A DNA stretch of 64,000 nt from Thermotogota bacterium (GTDB lineage: Bacteria; Thermotogota; Thermotogae; Petrotogales; Petrotogaceae), in assembly GCA_051748045.1 (NCBI GenBank), contig JBNJGY010000004.1, forward strand, positions 1-64,000, in the 5' to 3' direction. Under the pieces are notes generated by a model. The model saw only the letters and a program-made list of their open reading frames with translations, had not been told where the DNA came from and searched no databases. Position numbers and translations under genes: made by a program. Each line of letters starts with the position of its first letter. Within the stretch, counting starts at the first letter, position 1. Positions 47,972-58,619 of this stretch are shown piece after piece.

Positions 47972-49693
47972 ATGTTTGATATCCCTACCAATAAAAATGA
48001 TATGAATAAAATGAATATAAAGCAATTAGATGTAATACTAGTTAGTGGAGATTCTTTTGTAGATCATCCGTCTTACGGGGTTGCAATTATTGCTAGAGTA
48101 CTAAAAGAATTAGCTGGCTTATCTGTTGGGGTTATTTCTCAACCTAATTGGAAGAACACAAAAGATATTTCAAAATTAGGAATTCCAAAATATTTTTGGG
48201 GAGTAACTTCTGGTAATATGGATTCCATGGTTTCTAATTATACAGCCTCAAAGAAGAAAAGAAATACAGACGTTTATTCTCCTGAAGGTTCATTTAGAAA
48301 AAGACCTGATAGGGCAACTGTTGTATATACCAATTTAATAAAACAGTTCAATAAAGATAAACCCGTAATAATAGGGGGAATTGAAGCCAGCTTGAGAAGA
48401 TTTGCACACTATGATTGGTGGCAAAATAAAGTTAAACAATCCATTTTATTAGATTCAAAGGCTGATTTATTAGTTTATGGAATGGCTGAAAAAACCATAC
48501 TGGATATATCTAAAATTTTTAAAAATAATGGTTCTATAAACGATTGTAAAAAATTAAGAGGCATAGTTTATCAACTCAAAAAAAATGAAGAGTTAAATGT
48601 AGATAATTATATAGAAATGCCCTCTTATGAAGAAACAGCAAATAATAAAAATAAATATACAGAAGCTTTTAATATATTTTATAACAATATAGACCCTTAT
48701 CAATCGAAATCTTTAATACAAAAACACCAAAATAGGCACGTGGTTCAAACATTACCACAATATCCTCTATCTCAAAAAGAAATGGATGATGTATATTCTT
48801 TACATTATACTAAGGAAGTTGCTCCAGAAGAATTATCTAAAGGATATGTGAAATCTATAGATACAGTTAGGACATCCATAACGACTCATAGAGGCTGTTA
48901 TGGAGAATGTTCTTTTTGTGCTATAGCTCTTCATCAAGGTAGATATATTCAAAGCAGATCTAAAGATTCCATTGTAAAAGAAGTAAAAGAATTAACCAAC
49001 AAAAATGATTTCAAGGGCTATATATCAGACCTTGGTGGACCTACTGCCAATATGTATGGTGATGATTGCGAAAAGAAGATTAAGGTTGGAGCTTGTTTAG
49101 ATAAAAGTTGTATTGGCACAAATCATTGTAAATTATTGAATCATTCCCATGAAAATTATTTGGATTTGCTGGAAACAGTAAAAAATATAAAAGGTATTAA
49201 AAAAGTTTTCATATCATCAGGTATAAGATATGATTTAATTCAAAATGATAAAAAAAATGGTGATGAATTTTTATATAAGCTATTAAAGTTTCATAACCCA
49301 GGAAGATTTAAGATAGCTCCAGAACATTCTGATAGTCAAATTTTAAAATTGATGAATAAACCATCCTTTAAACATACAGAAGCTTTTATTAAAAAATTAA
49401 ATGAAATAAAAAAAGAAAAAAATTTGAATACTAAATTTTCTTCTTACCTTATATCCGCTCACCCTGGAGCAGATATGAAAAAAGATATAAACTTATCAAA
49501 AGATATTAAAAAATATTTTCCTTTTCAACCTGAGGATATACAAATTTTTACACCAACACCTTCTACTAAATCAACAACAATGTATTATACCGAAAAAAAT
49601 CCTGACACAGGAGATAATATATTTGTTGAAAAAAATGAAAAAAAGAGAAAAGAACATAAAAATATTCTATTCAAAAACAAAAGAAGATTTTAA
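47972..49693 (+). CDS. YgiQ-family radical SAM protein
   Basis: GDSFVDHPS, GGIEASLRR.AHYDWW, RGCYGECSFC, DLGGPTANMY and QIFTPTP motifs. Confidence 0.93.
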   Translation: MFDIPTNKNDMNKMNIKQLDVILVSGDSFVDHPSYGVAIIARVLKELAGLSVGVISQPNWKNTKDISKLGIPKYFWGVTSGNMDSMVSNYTASKKKRNTDVYSPEGSFRKRPDRATVVYTNLIKQFNKDKPVIIGGIEASLRRFAHYDWWQNKVKQSILLDSKADLLVYGMAEKTILDISKIFKNNGSINDCKKLRGIVYQLKKNEELNVDNYIEMPSYEETANNKNKYTEAFNIFYNNIDPYQSKSLIQKHQNRHVVQTLPQYPLSQKEMDDVYSLHYTKEVAPEELSKGYVKSIDTVRTSITTHRGCYGECSFCAIALHQGRYIQSRSKDSIVKEVKELTNKNDFKGYISDLGGPTANMYGDDCEKKIKVGACLDKSCIGTNHCKLLNHSHENYLDLLETVKNIKGIKKVFISSGIRYDLIQNDKKNGDEFLYKLLKFHNPGRFKIAPEHSDSQILKLMNKPSFKHTEAFIKKLNEIKKEKNLNTKFSSYLISAHPGADMKKDINLSKDIKKYFPFQPEDIQIFTPTPSTKSTTMYYTEKNPDTGDNIFVEKNEKKRKEHKNILFKNKRRF

Positions 49694-49761
49694 TCAACTT
49701 GTAATTTATTATTAAAAAATGTTATAATATGTATATAATTAATAATTTTAGGGGGGTATCC

Positions 49762-50988
49762 ATGTCTACTGATATCGATATAAAAACTTATATTGAGAGT
49801 TTCGAAGAAATGTCTCAATTATTTCAAGCTCTTTCCGGGGAAGAAGAAGAAAAATCTTTTATGGACAAACTATTAAATATTGCTATAAAGAGCATACCTG
49901 AATCAGAATGTGGCTCAATTTGGAAAATAGAAGGAACTCTTTATAGACCTGTTGCAGGCTATTGTTATGATGATGAAATTTTAAATAAGATGGAAATTCC
50001 TTTTGAAGATTCATATATATATAAACACTTAGACGAAGAAATACACGAAACTTATGACATAGCAAAATTCAACAAAAGTGTTTCAGAATTTTATAAAGTA
50101 AGTCAGATGCTTCATAAAAAAAATGATAAATTAGTAACTCTTATAGTTCCTTTAAGAATAAAAAATAAATTAGCTGGGCACATTTATATAGATAATTTTA
50201 AAGTAAGCTCATTTAGTGAAACCTCTAAACGAATATTAAAAACTTTCAGTAATTTTGCTAGTACTTTTATGACTTTGATGAACTTAAGGGAAAAAGAAAA
50301 AGAAGCAAATGAAATGAATTCTGTTTATCTCTCTTTCATAACTCACGAACTTAGAACACCTTTAACTTCTATTATAGGTTTTTCTGAAACAGTTCTATCT
50401 GACCCAGATATGTCTGCTGCAGAAATGAGAAAAATGATGAGAAAAATATATGCTTCTGCTAAACATTTAAATTCTTTGATAGAAGATATATCAACTTTCA
50501 AAAAACTCAACAAAGATACAAAAATGAATATAGATGAGATTAATTTTAAAAAGCTTTTATTTGATTCTATTTCAATAGTAGAGCCAATGACATCCCCCGA
50601 TGTTGAGCTTAATATAAAATATGAAACAGAAATCCCTGATACTATTGAAACTGATGCTACTAAATTGAGACAAGTTTTAGTTAATATTATTGGAAATTCT
50701 GTAAAATATACTGATTATGGTTATGTCGACATTTACATTTCCTATAGCAAAAAGAAGAAAATGTTTTCAATTAAAATAGAAGATTCAGGCCCAGGCATTC
50801 CTGAAGAAAAACTAAAAGATATATTCAAACCTTTTGTAAGGTTATCAAAAGACAAGCCAGGCTCTGGACTAGGATTAGCAATCGTTAAAAAAACTATTAA
50901 AAAATTAAAAGGCAGCATACATATGAATTCAAAAGAAGGTTATGGTACTACAACAGAATTAAATATTCCTTTATCATTAAAAAAATAA
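49762..50988 (+). CDS. Cytoplasmic GAF-sensor histidine kinase
   Basis: H-box HELRTPL, N-box NSVKYT, G1 DSGPGI and G2 GSGLGL; no TM segment. Confidence 0.92.
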   Translation: MSTDIDIKTYIESFEEMSQLFQALSGEEEEKSFMDKLLNIAIKSIPESECGSIWKIEGTLYRPVAGYCYDDEILNKMEIPFEDSYIYKHLDEEIHETYDIAKFNKSVSEFYKVSQMLHKKNDKLVTLIVPLRIKNKLAGHIYIDNFKVSSFSETSKRILKTFSNFASTFMTLMNLREKEKEANEMNSVYLSFITHELRTPLTSIIGFSETVLSDPDMSAAEMRKMMRKIYASAKHLNSLIEDISTFKKLNKDTKMNIDEINFKKLLFDSISIVEPMTSPDVELNIKYETEIPDTIETDATKLRQVLVNIIGNSVKYTDYGYVDIYISYSKKKKMFSIKIEDSGPGIPEEKLKDIFKPFVRLSKDKPGSGLGLAIVKKTIKKLKGSIHMNSKEGYGTTTELNIPLSLKK

Positions 50989-51009
50989 TCCCGACGGGAT
51001 TATTTTTTT
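50979..51009. terminator. Bidirectional terminator
   Basis: aaaaaaataatccc-gac-gggattattttttt. Confidence 0.8.
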
Positions 51010-51982
51010 AATGATACATAGATTTTTTAATGAATTTTATAAATGCAAATTTGTTATTTGTATCTGATTTTAATTCTCTATCTAATAATTCAAGATTAAA
51101 TATTATTTCTGCAACATTCTCACGTTTTAAAACCCTGGCAACATTCATTTTTTCTATTTTATCATTACTAAACGTTAACCCACAGAAAGATCTCATACGG
51201 TTTTTATTTATTTTTAATTCTTTTGATAAATTCTCCACATTAGGCCATGAATATTTTTTTGTCCCACTAATTGTTGTCATGGCTTTATAAAGATCGTAAA
51301 AATATGTAGTAAGGAAAAACAAGAATTTTATTGGTATAAATTGAGGATCTTCTAATAAATTTTTCATTAATTCTAGAGCTTTTTCTTCATTTTGGCAACT
51401 TATCATATAAGCTAAATCTTCTTGTTCAGGTTTAGAAAAATGTGTAACTATTTCTTTTATATCATTTTTAGTTATAAAATCTTTATTTGTATAAATCGAA
51501 AGTTTTTGAATTTCTTCATATATAAAAAGATCATTTTTCCCTAATACTTCCAAAAGATAATCTATTGCATTATTATCCATATTTTTATTGAATTCTTTCA
51601 AGACATCATTAACAAAATTTCTCCATTTATCTTTTTCCCAAGGGGCTGGAAGTTTTGCTGAAATTTTATTTTTAAAAATTTTTAAATTTTTTAATTCTTT
51701 TTCATTTTCAGTTGTTATAATCAATGTTTCAACAGGTGAATTTTCTGAAGATATGTTTTCTGCTATAACTTCTCTATCTTTATCTTTAAACTTATCAAAA
51801 TTTTTTATAACAACCATTTTTTTGTTTGAAAACATACTACCAACTTGAAAAATATTCAAAAAAGAACTTTCTTGATAGTTTTCAGGAGTTATAATATGTA
51901 GTTCGACATTTTCGTCTTTTCTTTTGTCAATTTCAATTCTTTTCTTGATTTCAGAATTTCCGTGAACTAAAATTCTATTCAT
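51008..51982 (-). CDS. holA: DNA polymerase III delta subunit
   Basis: SMFSNKKMVVIKN, AIDYLL..EIQKL..Y..ITKNDI and C-terminal LDRELKS pattern; the size fits. Confidence 0.75.
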   Translation of the reverse strand: MNRILVHGNSEIKKRIEIDKRKDENVELHIITPENYQESSFLNIFQVGSMFSNKKMVVIKNFDKFKDKDREVIAENISSENSPVETLIITTENEKELKNLKIFKNKISAKLPAPWEKDKWRNFVNDVLKEFNKNMDNNAIDYLLEVLGKNDLFIYEEIQKLSIYTNKDFITKNDIKEIVTHFSKPEQEDLAYMISCQNEEKALELMKNLLEDPQFIPIKFLFFLTTYFYDLYKAMTTISGTKKYSWPNVENLSKELKINKNRMRSFCGLTFSNDKIEKMNVARVLKRENVAEIIFNLELLDRELKSDTNNKFAFIKFIKKSMYH

Positions 51983-51986
51983 TTAA

Positions 51987-53675
51987 TCACTCCATTTTTG
52001 TCTTCACTTGAAAAAATTCGTATTCATTAATAGATACTCCAGACTTTGGATATTGTTCTTTTACAATATCTCCATCTCCTGTGATTATTATATCATCTTT
52101 TTCTACACCAACACTTATTAAATAATTAATAGCATCATGTATATTCATATCTTCAATATTTGGCATAATATTTTTGAAAAGAACCTTTTTGTCAGATAAA
52201 CTAGATGAATCATTTTCATACCTATAAAAAGCTTCTCTAACTACAGGGGCAGCTACTTCTCCTCCATAATATTCTCCTTGGGGATTATCAACTATAACTA
52301 AAAAGGTATATCTGGGGTTAGTAGCTGGATAATATCCTTCAAACAAAGAATAGTAAGATTCTTCATTATAACCTTTACCAATTACAGCTTTTTGAGCAGT
52401 TCCTGTTTTCCCACCAATAAGCATTCCTTGAGTAAAAGCCAATTTAGCAGTTCCAGAAATGGTTACATAATTCATCCACTCTCTCAACCTTTTAGAATTT
52501 TCTATAGAAAATATTTGCCTAGATTCACTATGCTTTTCTTCTAAAAATGTTGGTTCTTTGTATACTCCGTCATTTATAAGCGCGTTAAATGTACTTATAA
52601 GTTGAATAGGTGTAACTCCTATACCTTGCCCCATTGCAATTTGATAAGGTGTAATTGAATACCAATTATTAGGATACCTAAGTATTCCATCAATTTCTCC
52701 TTTAAACTCAAGATCTGTTTTTACTCCAAACCCCATATTAACCAACTGTGAGTATAACCATTCGTTAGAGTAATCTTCTTTTATTTTTTTCATGACTTTT
52801 GCAATAGATATATTTGAAGATAATATCAAAGCGTCTTTTATATCTAGCTCTCCCAAGCCATAACCTTCAGATTCTTTTACAATAAAATTCAAATCTTCTT
52901 CAGGTTTATAATTAAAAGTAGACTCAAATTTTTTATCAGGAGATATTATTTTTTCATCTAAAGCCAAAGCATAAATCATAGGCTTTAGAGTAGAACCAGG
53001 TTCAATATATCCCATATAACCTAAATTCCAAGGATAAATAGAAGCACTAGCTCTAATTTTTCCAGTTTTTGTTTCCATCACTATTGCTACTCCACCGTTT
53101 GCATTTCTGTTTTTAACAGTTTGATTTAGCTCTTGATACAAATAACTTTGTAATTTGTTATCTAAACTTAGCTTAATACTTTCATTTTTAAATAATTCTC
53201 CATTATCAAATAAATATTTTTCTATTCCATACTGAGTGCTTTGGTAATTACCTATTAGCGAGTCATATGAAAACAAGTTATTATAAACTCTTTCTTTATT
53301 AACATGGATACTTGCATATTTTCTCATATGACCTAAACTTTCTTTTGCTTCTTCTTCTGTATCAAAAATACCCCAGAACAGAAAATTTTTACCTTCAATT
53401 TCTTCATCAGAATATTTTGCATTCAACATATGTTTCAAATCCATGTATTCATCTCTTCTTTTCATAAATTCAAGATCAATCCATACTTCATATTTATTCT
53501 TGTTATAAACAAGAAAATGACCCTTGTTATCAACAAGGGTCGCTATTTTTTCTTCATTATCAAAATTATTTTTTACATCAACTATACTTGGTGTATTGAG
53601 AAAAACACCAAATAATATCAACAACAAATAACCTAACAAAAAAATTATCTGAGTTAATGAATATTTAAATTTCAT
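51987..53675 (-). CDS. ftsI: Class B penicillin-binding protein (FtsI-like) with PASTA domain
   Basis: EPGSTLK (SxxK), SSN and KTGTAQ motifs; C-terminal PASTA; follows rsmH-ftsL. Confidence 0.85.
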   Translation of the reverse strand: MKFKYSLTQIIFLLGYLLLILFGVFLNTPSIVDVKNNFDNEEKIATLVDNKGHFLVYNKNKYEVWIDLEFMKRRDEYMDLKHMLNAKYSDEEIEGKNFLFWGIFDTEEEAKESLGHMRKYASIHVNKERVYNNLFSYDSLIGNYQSTQYGIEKYLFDNGELFKNESIKLSLDNKLQSYLYQELNQTVKNRNANGGVAIVMETKTGKIRASASIYPWNLGYMGYIEPGSTLKPMIYALALDEKIISPDKKFESTFNYKPEEDLNFIVKESEGYGLGELDIKDALILSSNISIAKVMKKIKEDYSNEWLYSQLVNMGFGVKTDLEFKGEIDGILRYPNNWYSITPYQIAMGQGIGVTPIQLISTFNALINDGVYKEPTFLEEKHSESRQIFSIENSKRLREWMNYVTISGTAKLAFTQGMLIGGKTGTAQKAVIGKGYNEESYYSLFEGYYPATNPRYTFLVIVDNPQGEYYGGEVAAPVVREAFYRYENDSSSLSDKKVLFKNIMPNIEDMNIHDAINYLISVGVEKDDIIITGDGDIVKEQYPKSGVSINEYEFFQVKTKME

Positions 53676-53679
53676 ATTA

Positions 53680-53958
53680 TCACCAATTTTTTTCAATCTC
53701 CAAATCATTTAATATCTCAGCATATTTTTCAATTCTGTTATCCAGATTTTGGATTTTTTGTTCCATACTGTTTAAATTGATTCTTGCATTGTCTATATTT
53801 TCTTTGTAACTTTCTATTTCTTGACCAAAATTTATGACAAATGTAATCCAAACAGTAGCTGAGAAAATAATCAAAACAACAATACTTACTAAAGTTATAT
53901 CCATAAACTTTGAATCGGTTCTTTCAATATTTTGTTGTTTTTCATAAGGTTTTGGCAT
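53680..53958 (-). CDS. FtsL-like protein (TM + coiled coil)
   Basis: Single TM and coiled coil, located between rsmH and ftsI. Confidence 0.65.
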   Translation of the reverse strand: MPKPYEKQQNIERTDSKFMDITLVSIVVLIIFSATVWITFVINFGQEIESYKENIDNARINLNSMEQKIQNLDNRIEKYAEILNDLEIEKNW

Positions 53959-53992
53959 CCTACCGCCCCCCAGTTTAGCAAAAAAATATCAT

Positions 53993-54883
53993 TTAACCTA
54001 TGTATTCAGCTATCCTCAATTTAACACTTCTTGATCTTGGATTTTCTTCAATTTCTTCTTCCGAAGGATACAATGGTTTTTTAGTAACTAATTTATAGTT
54101 TTCGTGATTTTTGTAATAATGTTTTACTATTTTGTCTTCTAAAGAATGGAAAGTTAAAATAGCAACTCTTCCCCCTGGATTTAAAAATTCAGTAAACTTG
54201 TTTAAAGCAGTTCTAATATTATCAAACTCTTTGTTAACCTCTATTCTTAACGCTTGAAATGTTTTTGTGGCTAAATGTCTTTTTCTTCTTCTTATTTCAT
54301 TGTAAGGTAAAGCTTTTTTAATTGCTTCAATTAGCTCAAACGTAGTGTTTATAGGTCTTTTATCTACAATGCTTTTTGCAATTCTTCTAGAAAATTTGAA
54401 CTCTTGTCCATATTCAAAAATTATTCTAGCTAATTCTTTTTCATCGTATTCATTTACTACTTTTGCTGCATTCAGATCTGATTCTGTGTCCATTCTCATA
54501 TCAAGAGGTTCATCATTCATGAAAGTAAAACCTCTTCCTTCACCTTTCAGTTGAAAAGTGGAAACACCTAAATCCATTAGAAAGCCATCAACTTTATTAA
54601 TTCCAAGTCCTTTTAAAACAAGATCAATATCTTGATAAGGAGCTTTAAAAAATTCTATTTTATCAGCTATATCATCTAATCTTTTTTCAGCAATTTCTAA
54701 AACTTCATAATCAATATCAACTGCTATAACTTTGGATTTTCCATCTGTATAGTTATAGATAGCTTTAGAATGCCCACCTTCTCCTGCTGTGCAGTCTACG
54801 TAAACACCATTTTTTTTTGTTATTAAGTTTTCATTTATTTCATTGACCATAATACTCCTGTGATAATCTTTATACTGTCTCAA
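53993..54883 (-). CDS. rsmH: 16S rRNA m4C1402 methyltransferase
   Basis: DCTAGEGGHS, DLGVS, PLDMRMD, FQALRIEVN and FHSLED motifs. Confidence 0.96.
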   Translation of the reverse strand: MRQYKDYHRSIMVNEINENLITKKNGVYVDCTAGEGGHSKAIYNYTDGKSKVIAVDIDYEVLEIAEKRLDDIADKIEFFKAPYQDIDLVLKGLGINKVDGFLMDLGVSTFQLKGEGRGFTFMNDEPLDMRMDTESDLNAAKVVNEYDEKELARIIFEYGQEFKFSRRIAKSIVDKRPINTTFELIEAIKKALPYNEIRRRKRHLATKTFQALRIEVNKEFDNIRTALNKFTEFLNPGGRVAILTFHSLEDKIVKHYYKNHENYKLVTKKPLYPSEEEIEENPRSRSVKLRIAEYIG

Positions 54884-55005
54884 TAATTATACACCACCTT
54901 AACAATCTTGTCAAATTGAACGAATTTTATATTTTTTACACTATAAATCTTTCTATATAACACATAAGAAATGAGCAAAATTAAATTTTATATAATTGAC
55001 AAGAA

Positions 55006-56109
55006 TTATTTATCCAAATCAGCAAAATATAGTAATTCAGCTTCAATAAAATCATCAATTTCTCCATCCAATACCCCTTGAGAATCAGATGTTTCATGTT
55101 CTGTACGATGATCTTTTATCATTTGGTATGGATATAATACATAAGATCTTATCTGATTACCCCAAGAAATATCTTTTACCTCGCCTTGAATTGACATCTT
55201 TTCTTCCATTTTCTTTCTCATTTCCATATCATATAATCTAGCTTTTAATATCTTCATAGCTGTTGCTTTGTTTTGATGTTGAGATCTTTCGTTTTGAGCG
55301 GTTACAACTATTCCTGTAGGTAAATGGGTTAGCCGCACAGCAGAATCAGTCTTATTAACATGTTGTCCTCCTGCTCCACCTGCTCTATAAGTATCAATTT
55401 TTAATTCATCGTCTTTTATTTCAATTTCAATATCTTCGTCAATTTCTGGAGTAACATTTACAGAAGTGAATGATGTATGTCTTCTTCCATTAGAATCAAA
55501 TGGTGAAATCCTAACTAATCTGTGAACTCCAGTTTCATATTTTAATTTTCCATAAGCAAAAGGACCAGATATTTTTATAGTTGCACTTTTTATTCCTGCT
55601 TCATCTCCATCTTGATAATCAATTGTTTGATATTTCATTTTATTGTTTTCACACCATCTGGTATACATCCTCAAAAGTATTGAACCCCAGTCTTGAGATT
55701 CAGTTCCACCTGCACCTGGATGTATTGTTAAAAAAGCATTAGAATCATCATATTTTCCACTTAATAACATTTTCAATTCAAAACTTTTTGTCATCTTTTC
55801 TGCCTTGTTCAACAAAGTTTGAATTTGTTCTTCCATTGAAGGATCTTCATCTGAAAATTCAATGGCGACATCTATATCTTCAAAAACACTTTCTAGTTTT
55901 TTAAATTCTGCTATTTCATCTTTTAAATGTTGGCTTTCTTTTGACACACTTTGTGCTTTTTCTTGATCATTCCAAAAATCTGGTTTGACCATTTCTTTTT
56001 GTAATTCAGCGACTCTGTTTTTTGATTTTTCTATATCAAAAAGATTTTGTAAGTCTTCGAATTTCTTTCTTAATTCTTCTAATTTTTGCTTGTCTTCATA
56101 AGAAATCAT
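55006..56109 (-). CDS. prfB: Peptide chain release factor 2 (uninterrupted reading frame)
   Basis: SPF anticodon-like motif, GGQ and WGNQIRSY. Confidence 0.97.
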   Translation of the reverse strand: MISYEDKQKLEELRKKFEDLQNLFDIEKSKNRVAELQKEMVKPDFWNDQEKAQSVSKESQHLKDEIAEFKKLESVFEDIDVAIEFSDEDPSMEEQIQTLLNKAEKMTKSFELKMLLSGKYDDSNAFLTIHPGAGGTESQDWGSILLRMYTRWCENNKMKYQTIDYQDGDEAGIKSATIKISGPFAYGKLKYETGVHRLVRISPFDSNGRRHTSFTSVNVTPEIDEDIEIEIKDDELKIDTYRAGGAGGQHVNKTDSAVRLTHLPTGIVVTAQNERSQHQNKATAMKILKARLYDMEMRKKMEEKMSIQGEVKDISWGNQIRSYVLYPYQMIKDHRTEHETSDSQGVLDGEIDDFIEAELLYFADLDK

Positions 56110-56123
56110 ACATTTCCTCCTAA

Positions 56124-58598
56124 TTATTTCTTCACTTTGAATCTTTTATTTCTTTGGAATCCTTTTTTAGCAGCAAAACTTTTTTTTGCTTTCTGCTTAT
56201 CTTTTTGAGAATCCACTACAGAAGCATCTCCATGAACAAAATTCAAATTAACAGTTTGTTTTTTTGCTTCAGTTTCTTCTTTATTAGGATCTACCCTTGT
56301 AATCCTCATTAAATAATCTACAATTGTATCATAGATATCATCTACTAGCTGAGAAAACATATAATAAGATTCTTTTTTAAATTCCATATTTGGATTTTTT
56401 TGTCCATAAGCTCTTAATCCTACAGATTCTTTTAAATGCTCTATAGCATCAAGATGTGATCTCCACTTATCATCTATGATTCTTAGCATAATATATTTTG
56501 ACATCTTATTAAAGTGATCTCCAAATTCTTCTTTTTTATTTTCAAATTTATTCCATAATAATGTCATAATTTCATCTTTTAATTCTGAAACGCTTTCAGA
56601 TTTTATATCAGCTATTATTAATAAACTCTCAAGTTTTCCTTTTACATATTCTTTATCAATAACCCCAGCTTTATCATCCCAAGCTGATTCAGCAATTCTA
56701 TCTACAACATCTTCAAATATTTCTTGTAAATGTTCTGTATAGTCTTCTTGAGTTAGTATCCAGTTTCTGTGAGTATAAATGGAATTTCTTTGATTATCCA
56801 TTACAGAATCCATTTCATATAATCTCTTTCTCATAGAGAAATGAATACCTTCAACTTTTTTCTGAGCATCTCTTATGACATTAGATAACAATTTATGTTC
56901 TATTGGTTGTCCTTCTTCAATTTTAAGAGATCCCATAATGTTTTTCATCTTTTCTCCACCAAACAACCTTAAAACATCATCTTCAAAAGATAAGAAAAAC
57001 CTTGATTCTCCTGGATCACCTTGACGCCCAGACCTACCTATCAACTGGTTGTCAACTCTTCGACTTTCATGTCTTTCAGTACCAATTACATATAACCCAC
57101 CTAATTCTTTGACTTCATCATTAATTTTTATATCAGTACCTCTACCAGCCATATTAGTAGCTATAGTTACCGCATTTTTTTGACCAGCATTAGCAATTAT
57201 TTCTGCTTCTCTTTCATGTTGTTTTGCATTTAAAACTTCATGAGTTACACCTTTTCTTCTTAACATATTTGATAAAAGCTCACTTTTATCTATAGAAGTA
57301 GTACCAACAAGCATTGGTTGGCCTGTTTTATGTCTCTCTTCTATTTCGTCAACAATAGCATTATATTTTCCTTTCAATGTTTGATAAATACTATCATTAT
57401 TATCTATTCTTACTACGGGTTTATTCGTTGGAATAACTACAACTTCACTATTGTAAATTTGTTTAAATTCTTCTTCTTCTGTTTTTGCAGTACCAGTCAT
57501 ACCAGACAATTTATCATACATTCTAAAGTAATTTTGGAAAGTAATTGTAGCATATGTTAAACTTTCTTGTTTAATTTGAACTCCTTCTTTTGCTTCAATT
57601 GCTTGATGAAGACCTTCAGAGTACCTCCTACCTTGTAAAAGCCTTCCCGTAAATTCATCAACAATTACTACTTCGCCTTCTCGAATTATATAATCTTTAT
57701 CTTTTTTGAAAAAAATCCTAGCTTTCAAAGCATTTAAAAGATGAAATAAATATTTGATATTATCTGGATTATATAAATTTTCTAACTGGAGTAAATCTTC
57801 TGCCCTTTCAATTCCCTCTTCTGTAAGAGATATTGTTTTTTGTTTTTCATCTATTGTATAATCTTTCTCTTCTTCAAATTTTTTGGATAAATGAGAAAAT
57901 CTTCTGTACAATTCACTTGGAGTATCAGATGGACCGGAAATGATTAGTGGTGTCCTTGCCTCATCGATTAAAATAGAGTCAGCTTCATCCACTATAGTAA
58001 AATAATGATCCCTTTGTGATTTGTCTTCCATATCATGAACCAAGTTGTCTCTAAGATAATCAAACCCAAATTCATTAGCTGTCCCATAAGTAATGTCAGC
58101 CTCATAAGCAGCTTTTCTATCTTCTTTACTCATCCCAGCTTGAATAAAACCAACCTTTAATCCCAAAAATTCGTATATTGGCCCCATCCATTCAGCATCC
58201 CTTTGAGCTAAGTAATCATTATGAGTGGCTAATTGACAATTTTTACCTGTTAAGGCATTTAAATATAAAGGTAAAGTTGCTACTAAAGTCTTACCTTCAC
58301 CAGTTTTCATTTCAGCTATTAAACCTTCATGCATGGAAATCCCACCCATAAGCTGAACATCAAAGTGCCTCATTTCAACTACTCTTTTTGCAACCTCTCT
58401 AACTACAGCAAAAGCTTCATATAATATATCATCCAATGTTTCTCCATTTTCTAGTCTTTTTTTAAATTCTGGTGTCTTTTCTTTTAATTGTTCATCTGAT
58501 AATTTTTCAATTTCTGGCTCAAAAACATTTATACTTTCCACCATTTTTCTATATTTTTTTAATAATTTTTTATTTTTATCAAATAATCCAAATAACAT
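56124..58598 (-). CDS. secA: Preprotein translocase ATPase SecA
   Basis: MKTGEGKT, DEADSILIDEARTPL, ATNMAGRGTDI and GRSGRQGDPG motifs. Confidence 0.98.
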   Translation of the reverse strand: MLFGLFDKNKKLLKKYRKMVESINVFEPEIEKLSDEQLKEKTPEFKKRLENGETLDDILYEAFAVVREVAKRVVEMRHFDVQLMGGISMHEGLIAEMKTGEGKTLVATLPLYLNALTGKNCQLATHNDYLAQRDAEWMGPIYEFLGLKVGFIQAGMSKEDRKAAYEADITYGTANEFGFDYLRDNLVHDMEDKSQRDHYFTIVDEADSILIDEARTPLIISGPSDTPSELYRRFSHLSKKFEEEKDYTIDEKQKTISLTEEGIERAEDLLQLENLYNPDNIKYLFHLLNALKARIFFKKDKDYIIREGEVVIVDEFTGRLLQGRRYSEGLHQAIEAKEGVQIKQESLTYATITFQNYFRMYDKLSGMTGTAKTEEEEFKQIYNSEVVVIPTNKPVVRIDNNDSIYQTLKGKYNAIVDEIEERHKTGQPMLVGTTSIDKSELLSNMLRRKGVTHEVLNAKQHEREAEIIANAGQKNAVTIATNMAGRGTDIKINDEVKELGGLYVIGTERHESRRVDNQLIGRSGRQGDPGESRFFLSFEDDVLRLFGGEKMKNIMGSLKIEEGQPIEHKLLSNVIRDAQKKVEGIHFSMRKRLYEMDSVMDNQRNSIYTHRNWILTQEDYTEHLQEIFEDVVDRIAESAWDDKAGVIDKEYVKGKLESLLIIADIKSESVSELKDEIMTLLWNKFENKKEEFGDHFNKMSKYIMLRIIDDKWRSHLDAIEHLKESVGLRAYGQKNPNMEFKKESYYMFSQLVDDIYDTIVDYLMRITRVDPNKEETEAKKQTVNLNFVHGDASVVDSQKDKQKAKKSFAAKKGFQRNKRFKVKK

Positions 58599-58619
58599 TT
58601 ATTTTCTCTCCTTAATTAA

